A DNA stretch of 56,986 bases from Bdellovibrionota bacterium (GTDB taxonomy: Bacteria > Bdellovibrionota_C > UBA2361 > OMII01). Within the stretch, counting starts at the first letter, position 1, and each line of letters opens with the position of its first letter. The translations under genes and the position numbers were made by a program. Below are positions 10,616 through 20,231 of this stretch, one piece after another. The notes below the pieces were generated by a model, which saw only the letters and a list, made by a program, of their open reading frames with translations, was not told the origin of the DNA and searched no databases. Where the stretch lies: assembly GCA_044345405.1 (NCBI GenBank), contig JBIJBE010000022.1, positions 1 to 56,986 on the forward strand. Direction: 5' to 3'.

Positions 10616-11218
10616 ATGGTCGACACAAAAAGTAGAAGTAGCGAGCTCCTCGAAACCCTTCAAAAAGAGTGTGGTGAGTTGCTCCAAAATTCAGCCATTG
10701 AGCTCGGTGACCTCGTCGTTACGGTGGTCCCCGAGAACCTCACTAAGGTGCTCACAACGTGCAAGAATTCACCGTCGCTCGCCTTTAATCTTCTCTCGGA
10801 TATCACCGCCGTTGACTGGATGGATAATCGGGATGATCGCTTCGAGGTTGTGTACCAGCTTTTGAGTATCTCAAAGCTCTGGCGAGTCACCGTTAAGGTT
10901 CCAGTTTCAGAGAGCAATCCAGAGGTGTCCTCCGTGGTGTCTTTGTGGGCTGGCGCGAGCTTCCTGGAGCGCGAGGTGTGGGACATGTTCGGAATCAAAT
11001 TCACAGGACATCCCGATCTGCGCCGTATTCTTATGTACGAGGAGTTCGTCGGGCATCCGTTACGCAAAGATTATCCTGTTCAGGGCAAACAGCCACGAAT
11101 ACCGTTACGCGCTCCTGAGGTAGAGAATACCGCCCGCAACATGAGTCGTCCTGATCTCGTGACTATTCGGACAAAGTCTCGCTCGCAAGGGGTGGAAGGG
11201 CAGAGCTCTACGAAGTAA
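10616..11218 (+). CDS. nuoC: NADH-quinone oxidoreductase subunit C
   Basis: EREVWDMFGI.F.GHPDLRRIL...GHPLRKDYP motif. Confidence 0.96.
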   Translation: MVDTKSRSSELLETLQKECGELLQNSAIELGDLVVTVVPENLTKVLTTCKNSPSLAFNLLSDITAVDWMDNRDDRFEVVYQLLSISKLWRVTVKVPVSESNPEVSSVVSLWAGASFLEREVWDMFGIKFTGHPDLRRILMYEEFVGHPLRKDYPVQGKQPRIPLRAPEVENTARNMSRPDLVTIRTKSRSQGVEGQSSTK

Positions 11219-11254
11219 GCGCGCGATACGATTCGCGCGACTAGAAGGTACGTT

Positions 11255-12508
11255 ATGAATGATGGAAAGCTTCTTGAGGTTGATTTTGGTGTAGGTGGGA
11301 TCTCCACGAGTGTGCGGCCCCGCGCGCTCGGTGATGATCTTCACTCAGAGACGATGGTGGTAAACCTCGGTCCAGCGCATCCAGCTACACACGGCACTAT
11401 TCGAATCGTGGCGGAGCTCTCGGGAGAGAAGATCGTAGACGCTGATGTTGATGTTGGATACCTCCACCGTGGCTTCGAGAAGATGTCGGAGAACGTCGAC
11501 TACAATCAGGTGATGCCGTACACGGATCGCCTCAACTACGTTTCTCCAGCGATTAACAATTTCGGGTGGTGTCTTACGATTGAGAAGCTTCTTGAAGTTG
11601 AGGTTCCGAAGCGAGCTCAGTACATCCGCGTGATCCTCTCGGAGATATCGCGTGTGGCGGATCACCTTACCTGCCTCGGCGCCTCGGCCATGGAGCTCGG
11701 CGCGTTCACGGTGATGCTCTACATGATGGAGGCGCGAGAGGACCTGTGGGATCTGATTGAAGAGGTCACGGGCGCTCGACTTACGGTCTCGTATGGACGT
11801 GTCGGTGGAGTTAAAGACGACCTGACACCAGGATTCGGTGATCGGGCGAAGGCGGCCTTCGCGAAGGTGCGAGCGCATCTGGTAAACTGCGATCGGCTCC
11901 TCACCCGCAATCGAATCTTTATCGATCGTATGTGCGACATCGCTGTCATCTCAGCGGAAGAGGCGATCAACATGAGCCTGACCGGACCAATGCTTCGAGG
12001 CTCCGGTGTGAAGCACGATCTCCGTAAAGCGACACCGTACTCAAGCTATGAGGATTTCGAGTTCGATGTTCCCGTCGGGTCCAAGGGCGATAACTACGAT
12101 CGCTTCCTCGTTCGTTTCGCTGAGATGGAGGAATCGCTCAAGATCTGTGAGCAAGCGCTCGCGAAGCTCCCCGAGGGGCCGATCGCGATCAGCGATCCTC
12201 ACGTGGTGCTCGTTCCCAAGGATGAGGTGTACAACTCGATCGACGGCATGATTAACCACTTCGAGTTAGTGATGTATGGCGTGAAGCCACCAAAGGGCTC
12301 CGTCTACAACGCCATCGAGGGCGCGAACGGAGAGCTCGGTTTCTACGTTGTCTCAGATGGCACTGGCCGACCTTACCGGGCGCACGTTCGCTCGCCGAGC
12401 TTTATTCACATGGGTGCTATGAGGAAGATGATCCTGGGAGCCAACATCTCGGACATCGTCCCCACGTTTGGCATGATCAATATGATAGGTGGTGAGTGTG
12501 ACCGATAA
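11255..12508 (+). CDS. nuoD: NADH-quinone oxidoreductase subunit D
   Basis: GPAHPATHG, GYLHRGFEK, DRLNY and C-terminal GECDR motifs. Confidence 0.97.
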   Translation: MNDGKLLEVDFGVGGISTSVRPRALGDDLHSETMVVNLGPAHPATHGTIRIVAELSGEKIVDADVDVGYLHRGFEKMSENVDYNQVMPYTDRLNYVSPAINNFGWCLTIEKLLEVEVPKRAQYIRVILSEISRVADHLTCLGASAMELGAFTVMLYMMEAREDLWDLIEEVTGARLTVSYGRVGGVKDDLTPGFGDRAKAAFAKVRAHLVNCDRLLTRNRIFIDRMCDIAVISAEEAINMSLTGPMLRGSGVKHDLRKATPYSSYEDFEFDVPVGSKGDNYDRFLVRFAEMEESLKICEQALAKLPEGPIAISDPHVVLVPKDEVYNSIDGMINHFELVMYGVKPPKGSVYNAIEGANGELGFYVVSDGTGRPYRAHVRSPSFIHMGAMRKMILGANISDIVPTFGMINMIGGECDR

Positions 12509-13118
12509 CGTACAAGTTTTTCACATCAATACTCGATTGACTTCAGCTCAGGCTGAGCCGCTCACGGTGTCCGCCGAGGCGCAGAAGCGCGCGCAGGAGA
12601 TCATCGCGCGGTATCCGCAGAAGCGTTCCGCGGTGATGCCGTTGCTCTACATCGCGCAGGAGCACACGAAGTACATCACGCAGAGCGCTGTTGAGTGGGT
12701 AGCCGCTCAACTGGGGATGCCTCCAGTTCAGATCTGGGAGGTCGCGACCTTCTACACCATGTACTACAAGAAGCCGATTGGTCAGTACCACGTGCAGGTG
12801 TGCCGAACCTTACCGTGCGCGCTTCGTGGCGCTCGCAAGGTATCAGAGTATTTCCACAAGAAGTTCGGTGTACAGCCGGGCGAGGTGACGAAGGATGGGA
12901 TGTGGAGCTTTGAGGAGGTTGAGTGCCTCGGCTCGTGCGGAACCGCTCCGATGTGTCAGATCAACGATGTGTTCTTTGAGAATCTGACCGACGAGAAACT
13001 CGATCAGCTCGTCGCTCGAATCGAGCAAGAGAAGCCTGACCTCAGGTACTCAACGGTGAAAGATGAATTGGGCGCCGGGCTCGCTGGCTGTCCGAAATCT
13101 GAGATTATGAAATCGTAG
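12498..13118 (+). CDS. nuoE: NADH-quinone oxidoreductase subunit E
   Basis: VATFYTMY; [2Fe-2S] ligands VCRTLPC and ECLGSC. Start may be at 12489 or 12498. Confidence 0.94.
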   Translation: MTDNVQVFHINTRLTSAQAEPLTVSAEAQKRAQEIIARYPQKRSAVMPLLYIAQEHTKYITQSAVEWVAAQLGMPPVQIWEVATFYTMYYKKPIGQYHVQVCRTLPCALRGARKVSEYFHKKFGVQPGEVTKDGMWSFEEVECLGSCGTAPMCQINDVFFENLTDEKLDQLVARIEQEKPDLRYSTVKDELGAGLAGCPKSEIMKS

Positions 13119-13127
13119 AGCGGTGCA

Positions 13128-14822
13128 ATGAGTGACGCAGCGACCCCAAAACAAGTTGAAGTTGTAAACGTAACGATCGACGGCAAAGCGACCCAGGTGC
13201 CGAAGGGAACGAACATCATCGAGGCCGCAAAGACCATCGGTGTTGATATCCCTCACTACTGCTACCACCCGCACCTCTCTATCGCGGGTAACTGCCGTAT
13301 GTGTCAGATCTCCGTGAAGGGGATGCCGAAGATGACGATCGCCTGCAACACGGGCGCTACTGAGGGGATGGAGGTCTCGACCCATCACACGAGCAAGGAT
13401 GTCGCTGACGCGCAGGCCGCGACCCTTGAGTTCATTCTCATCAACCATCCGCTCGATTGCACGGTGTGCGACCAGGCGGGGCACTGCAAGTTGCAGGACT
13501 ACCACTTCGAGTACAACGCTCGTCCAAGCCGCTTCGTGGAGGAGAAGGTTCACAAGATCAAGGCGCTTCCACTCGGGCCAACCGTTATGTTGGATGGTGA
13601 GCGGTGCATCATGTGTACCCGATGCGTTCGTTTCTGTGATGAGATCACGAAGACCTCCGAGCTCGGTATGCTCAACCGTGGAGACCAGTCGGTTATCGCG
13701 GTGAGTCCAGGACGTGAGCTCGACAACCCGCTCTCCGGTTCCGTGGTTGATCTCTGTCCGGTCGGCGCGTTAACGCACCGTCAGTGGCGATTCAATACCC
13801 GTATCTGGTTCACGAACCAGACCGAGTCGATCTGCCCAGGGTGCTCAACAGGATGTAACGTCAAGGTCGGTGAGCGTGACGGTAAGATCGTAAACGTCAA
13901 AGCTCGTCGCAATGACGCCGTGAATAAGGAATGGTTGTGTGACGAAGGTCGATACGGCTTTGAGAGATTCCTTCCAACTAACCGAATCACCGGCGCGTAT
14001 CGAAACGTCGCGAGCGGTGGACGGGAGACCGTTCAGCTCGGTGATGTGATCAACGCACTTAAAGGAACGCTTAAGACCCTTACGGTGTTGTTGAGCCCAG
14101 ATCTCCTCGTTGAGGAGTACTACCTCCTGAGGCAGCTCCTCAATCGCGCGACCTCGGTGGGGCGCGGCGTGATGTCGAGCTACAAGCGTTCGATAACCCC
14201 GCTTGAGCAGATTCTGGTTAGTCCTGACTACGCGAGCAACCTCAACGGTGCCCGCGTCGTGGGCTTGGTAGGAGAGGAGAGCGATGGTGACTACCGAGAT
14301 ATCCTCCAGAAGATCCGACGTAAGGAGATCGAGAACATATTGATCCTCGGCGATAGAGCTATCGCGCCGCAAGATATCGATGACGCGCTTGTCGAGGGGC
14401 TCGCGGCCGCTCGTGTGTCGGTGGGTGTGTTGACCGACGGTGATTCTAAGCTCGCCTCCTCACTCAGTATGGTTGTTGGAGGTCGCAGCGTTCTTGAGAA
14501 GTCAGGTCTGCTTGTGAACGCCACCCGTCGATTACAGTACGCTCAGGCGGTTGTGCAGTTCCCGGAAACCACACTGCCTGAGTGGAGACTCCTCGGTCTT
14601 GTTGGCGAAGCCGCTGGGTACAAGATGCTTCCGGTGAACCTCATGCATGTGGGAGACCGTGAGCTTACTCGGTGGTATCTCGGAAGTGATCCGGTGATGT
14701 CCGCTCAAGGGATAACGATCGCCAAGATCAAAGATGGAGGTGTTCAACTGAGCGCGGCCGGGAAGGACGCCTCAGTCGGAACGCAGAGTGGACTTTCGAT
14801 GGGAGCCGCCCCAGCGGCGTAA
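13128..14822 (+). CDS. nuoG: NADH-quinone oxidoreductase subunit G (short form)
   Basis: Fe-S motifs CYHP..GNCRMC, HPLDCTVCDQAGHC, CIMCTRC and CPGCSTGC; 564 aa. Confidence 0.93.
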   Translation: MSDAATPKQVEVVNVTIDGKATQVPKGTNIIEAAKTIGVDIPHYCYHPHLSIAGNCRMCQISVKGMPKMTIACNTGATEGMEVSTHHTSKDVADAQAATLEFILINHPLDCTVCDQAGHCKLQDYHFEYNARPSRFVEEKVHKIKALPLGPTVMLDGERCIMCTRCVRFCDEITKTSELGMLNRGDQSVIAVSPGRELDNPLSGSVVDLCPVGALTHRQWRFNTRIWFTNQTESICPGCSTGCNVKVGERDGKIVNVKARRNDAVNKEWLCDEGRYGFERFLPTNRITGAYRNVASGGRETVQLGDVINALKGTLKTLTVLLSPDLLVEEYYLLRQLLNRATSVGRGVMSSYKRSITPLEQILVSPDYASNLNGARVVGLVGEESDGDYRDILQKIRRKEIENILILGDRAIAPQDIDDALVEGLAAARVSVGVLTDGDSKLASSLSMVVGGRSVLEKSGLLVNATRRLQYAQAVVQFPETTLPEWRLLGLVGEAAGYKMLPVNLMHVGDRELTRWYLGSDPVMSAQGITIAKIKDGGVQLSAAGKDASVGTQSGLSMGAAPAA

Positions 14823-14828
14823 CGAACT

Positions 14829-15926
14829 ATGGTTGAACTTCTGATACTTCTCCTTAAGGTTTTTGTTGTCATGAATCTCGCTCTTGTGCTCGGTTCGACC
14901 TGCACATGGCTTGAGCGGAAGGGCTCAGCGTTGATTCAAGATCGGGTAGGGGCGAACCGCGCTGGTGCCTTCATCTATTCGGAGAACCGTTTCGTAAACA
15001 TCCTCCTCGTTCCGCTTCGAATGGCGGGCTGGCTCGGGTTGATCAACACGCTGCTCTGCGACTCCCTTAAGGGGATCGCGAAAGAGGACTTCATCCCAGA
15101 AGGATCCTCTAAGTTCCTGCACGCGATGGCTCCCGTGGTCGCGGTACTTCCGATCATGTTGGCGTTCGCGGTGTTACCTCTCGCGCCTGACTTCTACGCG
15201 TGGGATTACTTCGTGCACGCGCGCGTCGCCCCGATAGACGCGGGGATCCTCTTCGTATTGGCGATGGGGTCGGTGGCGGTATACGGTATCGCGCTCGCGG
15301 GATGGACCGGTAATAACAAGTTCTCAATCCTTGGCTCACTCCGCGCGGTCGCTCAAATGATCTCGTACGAGTTGCCGATGGGATTGGTCTTCGTCTCTCT
15401 CATCGTCATCTACGGTTCTCTCGATGTGTACACAATGGTCGAGAAACAGCAGGAGCTCCTGTGGGGGGTCGTTCCCGCGTGGGGCGTTGTCTACCAGCCG
15501 GTAGGTTTCATCGTTCTTCTCTTGGCTGGAATGGCTGAGACGAAGCGCGGACCGTTCGACCTTCCCGAGGCTGAGTCCGAGCTGACCGCTGGATACTTCA
15601 CCGAGTACTCAGGGATGAAGTTCCTTCTCTTCTGGTTGGGTGAGTTCTGTGAGATAGCACTCTTCGCGCTCCTCCTCGCGCTTCTCTTCTTCGGTGGATG
15701 GGATATTCCATGGGTAACCTTGCCAAAGGGTGTGTGGTGGGCTGCGCTCATCGGACACGCCGTGCTTATGGCGAAGGTTATCTTTTTCTGCGTCCTTCAG
15801 ATCGTTATCCGATGGACCCTTCCCCGATTTAGGTACGACCAGCTCATGAACTTGGGGTGGAAGATGTTGCTTCCGGTCGCTCTCATTAATCTCGTCGTTA
15901 CAGCAGTCGCTAAGGTGCTTCTATGA
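14829..15926 (+). CDS. nuoH: NADH-quinone oxidoreductase subunit H
   Basis: ERK, AQMISYE, PFDLPEAESEL and RFRYDQLM motifs. Confidence 0.96.
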   Translation: MVELLILLLKVFVVMNLALVLGSTCTWLERKGSALIQDRVGANRAGAFIYSENRFVNILLVPLRMAGWLGLINTLLCDSLKGIAKEDFIPEGSSKFLHAMAPVVAVLPIMLAFAVLPLAPDFYAWDYFVHARVAPIDAGILFVLAMGSVAVYGIALAGWTGNNKFSILGSLRAVAQMISYELPMGLVFVSLIVIYGSLDVYTMVEKQQELLWGVVPAWGVVYQPVGFIVLLLAGMAETKRGPFDLPEAESELTAGYFTEYSGMKFLLFWLGEFCEIALFALLLALLFFGGWDIPWVTLPKGVWWAALIGHAVLMAKVIFFCVLQIVIRWTLPRFRYDQLMNLGWKMLLPVALINLVVTAVAKVLL

Positions 15927-16468
15927 GTTTTATGGAATTTGTAATCGCGGCGATCGGTATCGCGTCGGCCATCGGAGTGGTGGGCTTTCGTAACCCACTC
16001 TCGAGCGCCTTCTCCCTGATCGTTCACCTCCTCTCGATAGCTGGACTCTACGCGCTCTTAGGAGCGCACTTCCTCGCGGTGTCGCAAGTAGTTGTGTACG
16101 CGGGCGCTATCATGGTGTTGGTGCTCTTCGTTCTTATGTTGCTCAACCTCAAGAGTGAGTCGGGGCGTCGTATCGGGATCGTTCGAAGCGCCATCACCGT
16201 GGGGATCGGGCTCGTGATCTTCCTTTCCGTGTCGGCGCCGATGTTGGCCCAATTCGATACCATCCCCCAGGCGACCCTGGAGCAGAACATCAAAGCTTCA
16301 GAGGGTGGAGTTAAGGCTATCGGTGAGCTTCTCTACGGCCGGTACATGGTTCAGTTTGAGTTGTCGTCCCTCGTGCTCCTCGTTGGAGTCGTTGGGGCTG
16401 TGATGCTCGCGAAGCGAAAGAACGTTCAATTGACACCCCGTGAAGGTGGTATGGGAGGAGCGAAGTAA
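15923..16468 (+). CDS. nuoJ: NADH-quinone oxidoreductase subunit J
   Basis: VVYAGAIMVLVLFVLMLL and FELSSLVLL motifs. Confidence 0.94.
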   Translation: MSFMEFVIAAIGIASAIGVVGFRNPLSSAFSLIVHLLSIAGLYALLGAHFLAVSQVVVYAGAIMVLVLFVLMLLNLKSESGRRIGIVRSAITVGIGLVIFLSVSAPMLAQFDTIPQATLEQNIKASEGGVKAIGELLYGRYMVQFELSSLVLLVGVVGAVMLAKRKNVQLTPREGGMGGAK

Positions 16469-16771
16469 ATGGACCCAATTACCTCATATCTTGGAGTCGC
16501 CTGCCTTCTCTTCACCATTGGTGGGATAGGTCTCTGTCTCCGTCGTAACGCGATCGTGCTCTTTATGTGTGTTGAGATGATGCTCAACGCCGTGAATCTC
16601 GCCTTCGTAGCCTTCAGCAAGATTCATGGTAATTTAGATGGTCAGGTAGCGGTGTTCTTCGTTATGGTTATCGCCGCCGCTGAGTCCGCTATCGGACTCG
16701 CGATTATCTTGTCGGTTTTTCGCAGCGTCGCCTCGATTGAGACAACGGACGCGGCTGAGCTTAAGTGGTAG
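16469..16771 (+). CDS. nuoK: NADH-quinone oxidoreductase subunit K
   Basis: [15 protein letters not shown] and [10 protein letters not shown] motifs. Confidence 0.96.
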   Translation: MDPITSYLGVACLLFTIGGIGLCLRRNAIVLFMCVEMMLNAVNLAFVAFSKIHGNLDGQVAVFFVMVIAAAESAIGLAIILSVFRSVASIETTDAAELKW

Positions 16772-16782
16772 GGCAATCGGTT

Positions 16783-18654
16783 ATGGAAGATACTCGTTTA
16801 GCGCTCGTTGTTCTTATTCCCCTCATAGGCGCGATCGTTTCGTACGTGCTCGGTCGAGCCGCTCCGAAACTCGCGGGTGTTCTCGCGACCGCGGCCGTCG
16901 CCACATCTTTCCTCCTTGTGGTTTCACTGTGGCAGGCGCTTGAGGGGGCACAGAGCTTCTCCTTCACCTTGAGCTCATGGTTATCCTTCGCGGACGTAAA
17001 GCTTCCCCTGGAGATCTACTTTGATAAGCTCTCCGCCGTGATGTGTTTGGTGGTGACCGGTGTTGGTTCACTGATCCACATTTATTCGATCGGGTACATG
17101 GCTGAAGATGAAAGCCGTCCCCGTTTCTTCTCCTACCTGAACCTCTTTATCGCCTCGATGCTCATCCTTGTTTTGGGTAAGTCGTTGCCCGTCATCTTTA
17201 TCGGGTGGGAGGGGGTAGGGTTGTGCTCGTACCTCTTGATCGGTTTCTGGTACACCAATCCTGACTTCGCCTCCGCTGGACGCAAAGCGTTCGTGATGAA
17301 CCGAATCGGAGACCTTGGATTTATCGTCGCGATGGCGATCCTCTACCACTCCTGTGGGTCGCTGGACATCACGGTTCTCAATCGACCTGAGGTGCTCGCT
17401 CGTATCCCATCTGAGATGGGGTATATCGCGGGTATCGCGCTCTTCCTCGCCGCGACCGGTAAGTCAGCGCAGCTTCCGCTCTTCACCTGGCTCCCTGACG
17501 CTATGGCCGGACCCACGCCCGTTTCAGCGCTGATCCACGCCGCGACGATGGTAACTGCGGGTATCTACCTTATGGCTCGGATGTACGGCGTGATTGAACT
17601 TGATCCGATCGTTCCGGCCATCATCCTCTGGACGGCCTTCGCGACATCAGCCATCGCGGCTATCATCGCCATCTCTCAGACCGATATAAAGAAGGTCCTC
17701 GCGTACTCCACGGTAAGCCAGCTCGGCTTTATGTTCCTTGCCGTTGGGGTAGGGGCGTATAGCGTGGCTCTCTTCCACGTCGTGACACACGCCTTCTTTA
17801 AAGCGTGTCTCTTCATGAGCGCGGGCTCCGTTATTCATGGATGTCACCACGAGCAGGATATGCGTCGTATGGGTGGTCTCGCGAAGTCGATGCCGCTTAC
17901 CTGCCTCAGCTATGGCGCTGCGACCCTCGCCATCGCGGGTATCGCGCCGTTCGCGGGGTACTTCTCGAAGCACGCCATCCTTGAGTCGTTAGCGCACGCG
18001 CACAATCCGTATCTCCACTCATACAGTGAGCTGATCGGTTTGGGTGCTACCGCAATCGCCATCTGTACCGCGTTTTATATGACCCGTTCCTTCATCCTCA
18101 CCTTCCTCGGTTCGTACCGAGGAGAGGGGCATCCGCATGAGGCGCCGATGGTTATGACCGCCCCAGTGCTTGTTCTGGCGGGTCTCTCCGTTGTTGGTGG
18201 GATTGTGTTGAATCACAGCTTCTTCTCGTATCTCCAGGGGCCACTTCCTCCGGTTGCGGAGCATTCAGGTGGTGGGATCCTTGGATATGTCCTTGGCTCG
18301 GTGCCGGGGCTTATCGGTATCGCCGCCGCCTACGCGCTCTTTGTCGTTGCGCCAGCGGTGAAGGATCAGATCCGAAAGGCGCTCTGGATCGGTGAGAAGC
18401 TCTCCTCAGGGAAGTTTTACTTGGACGAAGTTCTGGGTCTCTTGGTCATCGCGCCGATTCGAGCGCTCTCCGGTGTGACCTCCCGTGTCCTTGATCAGTC
18501 TGTATCGATCGGCACCGGGAACGCTATCGGGGGTATCAGCCGAGCGGTTGGTGAGCTTACGTGTCGCGTCACAACGGGGCAGGTGAGTACGTACGTTCTC
18601 TGGATGTTCGCCTCAGCGGCGTTCCTTTTGTATTGTTTTCTTCCGGTGAGGTAG
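16783..18654 (+). CDS. nuoL: NADH-quinone oxidoreductase subunit L
   Basis: WEGVGLCSYLLIGFW and KSAQLPLFTWLPDAMAGPTPVSALIHAATMV motifs. Confidence 0.96.
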   Translation: MEDTRLALVVLIPLIGAIVSYVLGRAAPKLAGVLATAAVATSFLLVVSLWQALEGAQSFSFTLSSWLSFADVKLPLEIYFDKLSAVMCLVVTGVGSLIHIYSIGYMAEDESRPRFFSYLNLFIASMLILVLGKSLPVIFIGWEGVGLCSYLLIGFWYTNPDFASAGRKAFVMNRIGDLGFIVAMAILYHSCGSLDITVLNRPEVLARIPSEMGYIAGIALFLAATGKSAQLPLFTWLPDAMAGPTPVSALIHAATMVTAGIYLMARMYGVIELDPIVPAIILWTAFATSAIAAIIAISQTDIKKVLAYSTVSQLGFMFLAVGVGAYSVALFHVVTHAFFKACLFMSAGSVIHGCHHEQDMRRMGGLAKSMPLTCLSYGAATLAIAGIAPFAGYFSKHAILESLAHAHNPYLHSYSELIGLGATAIAICTAFYMTRSFILTFLGSYRGEGHPHEAPMVMTAPVLVLAGLSVVGGIVLNHSFFSYLQGPLPPVAEHSGGGILGYVLGSVPGLIGIAAAYALFVVAPAVKDQIRKALWIGEKLSSGKFYLDEVLGLLVIAPIRALSGVTSRVLDQSVSIGTGNAIGGISRAVGELTCRVTTGQVSTYVLWMFASAAFLLYCFLPVR

Positions 18655-18658
18655 TTTC

Positions 18659-20209
18659 ATGACGATCGCGTGGCCGCCACTCTCTTCCCTTATCGTTGTG
18701 CCTGCGCTTGGTGCCCTCGGGTGCCTGGCTCCATGGTTCTCCTCAAAGATCGACACGAAAGCCCGCTTCGTTCGTCTCTGGGCGCTCGGTTGCTCCATTC
18801 TGACCTTGGTTATCCTCGCGGCTATCGCGCGCGCGGCAACGATGTCGCACGGCGCTGTGTTGGGGCTTGAAGAGGCTCACCAATGGATTCCATCGCTCGG
18901 GATTACCTACCACTTGGAGCTCGATGGTCTCTCGTTCGCTTTCTGTCTTTTGACAGCGATTATCTCCCTCGCCGTTATCGCGTGGTCCGCGAAGCCAGCG
19001 AGCGCGGGGGCAGGGTGGTACGCGTTGCTTTTGCTCGGTGAAGCAACGGTGATGGGAGCCTTCCTCGCGACCGATCTCGTACTCTTCTATATCTTCTTTG
19101 AGGCGATGTTGTTGCCAGTGCTTGGAGCCATGGCGCTCTGGGGCGGGGCTCAACGACTGAACGCATCGTTGAAGTTCCTTATCTACACGATGGCGGGTTC
19201 GGCGCTGATGTTCCTCGCAATCCTCTATCTCGGGTGGAACGCACAGGCGATGGGTCATACGCTCAACGGTAACTTCGCCTTTGAGATTACGACCCTGGCA
19301 AGCATGAAGATGCTTACTCCAACGGAGGAGCTTGTACTCGGTCTCGCCTTCCTTTTGGCGTTCGCGATTAAGATTCCGATGGTTCCCTTCCATGGATGGT
19401 TGCCCGATACCTATCGTGAGGCGCCTCACGGTGTCGCGGCGTTTACCGCGGCGCTCCTCGGTAAGGTTGGTATCTACGCTATTATCCGGTTTATGTGGCC
19501 GCTCTTCCCGACCTTTATGGTGCAGGCTGGCCCATATCTGGCTGCTGCTGGCGCAATCGCTATCGTGTTCGGCGCGCTCGTCGCTATGACACAGAAGGAC
19601 CTCCGATCGCTTCTCGCATACTCCTCGATCTCACACCTTGGTTTCTGCGTGCTCGGCATCGCGGGTGTCTCCACGATGGCGATGACCGGAGCGGTGTTCC
19701 AAGCGGTCAGTCACGGTCTTATCACCGCGGCGCTCTTCTTAACGGTTGGCGCGGTCATTGACCGACAGGGCTCACGAGAGTTCGACCGTCTCGGTGGTTT
19801 GGCTCGCTCGATTCCGCTGACGGCCTTCTTTCTTATGATCTTTAGTGTGGCGGCCGTCGCGCTTCCACTTACGAGCAGCTTCGTTGGTGAGTTCCTTATC
19901 ATCGTTGGCTCGTGGAAGCTCTTCCCCGCATGGACAACGGTGGCGCTCCTTGGCGTGGTGTTAGGAGCTGTCTATACGTTGACCGCGTACCTTCGGACGA
20001 TGTTCGGGCCGCTCCATGAGACGGACCCTCGAACGGGGGGTGATATTCGTGGATTTGATGTTGTTGTTCTCGCTGGTCTCGCCGCCGCGATTATCGCGCT
20101 CGGTATCTTCCCAGCGGATCTTCTCGGCATGATCAGCCCAGCTGTTGAGGTGAGCGCGGTTCCATCGGTCGTCGCCGATAGCAGCATCGCGTTGGGGTTT
20201 TCTCGGTAA
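18659..20209 (+). CDS. nuoM: NADH-quinone oxidoreductase subunit M
   Basis: FYIFFE, KIPMVPFHGWLPD and AYSSISHLGF motifs. Confidence 0.95.
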   Translation: MTIAWPPLSSLIVVPALGALGCLAPWFSSKIDTKARFVRLWALGCSILTLVILAAIARAATMSHGAVLGLEEAHQWIPSLGITYHLELDGLSFAFCLLTAIISLAVIAWSAKPASAGAGWYALLLLGEATVMGAFLATDLVLFYIFFEAMLLPVLGAMALWGGAQRLNASLKFLIYTMAGSALMFLAILYLGWNAQAMGHTLNGNFAFEITTLASMKMLTPTEELVLGLAFLLAFAIKIPMVPFHGWLPDTYREAPHGVAAFTAALLGKVGIYAIIRFMWPLFPTFMVQAGPYLAAAGAIAIVFGALVAMTQKDLRSLLAYSSISHLGFCVLGIAGVSTMAMTGAVFQAVSHGLITAALFLTVGAVIDRQGSREFDRLGGLARSIPLTAFFLMIFSVAAVALPLTSSFVGEFLIIVGSWKLFPAWTTVALLGVVLGAVYTLTAYLRTMFGPLHETDPRTGGDIRGFDVVVLAGLAAAIIALGIFPADLLGMISPAVEVSAVPSVVADSSIALGFSR

Positions 20210-20231
20210 AGGATTGTAGAGGTAGGTATCT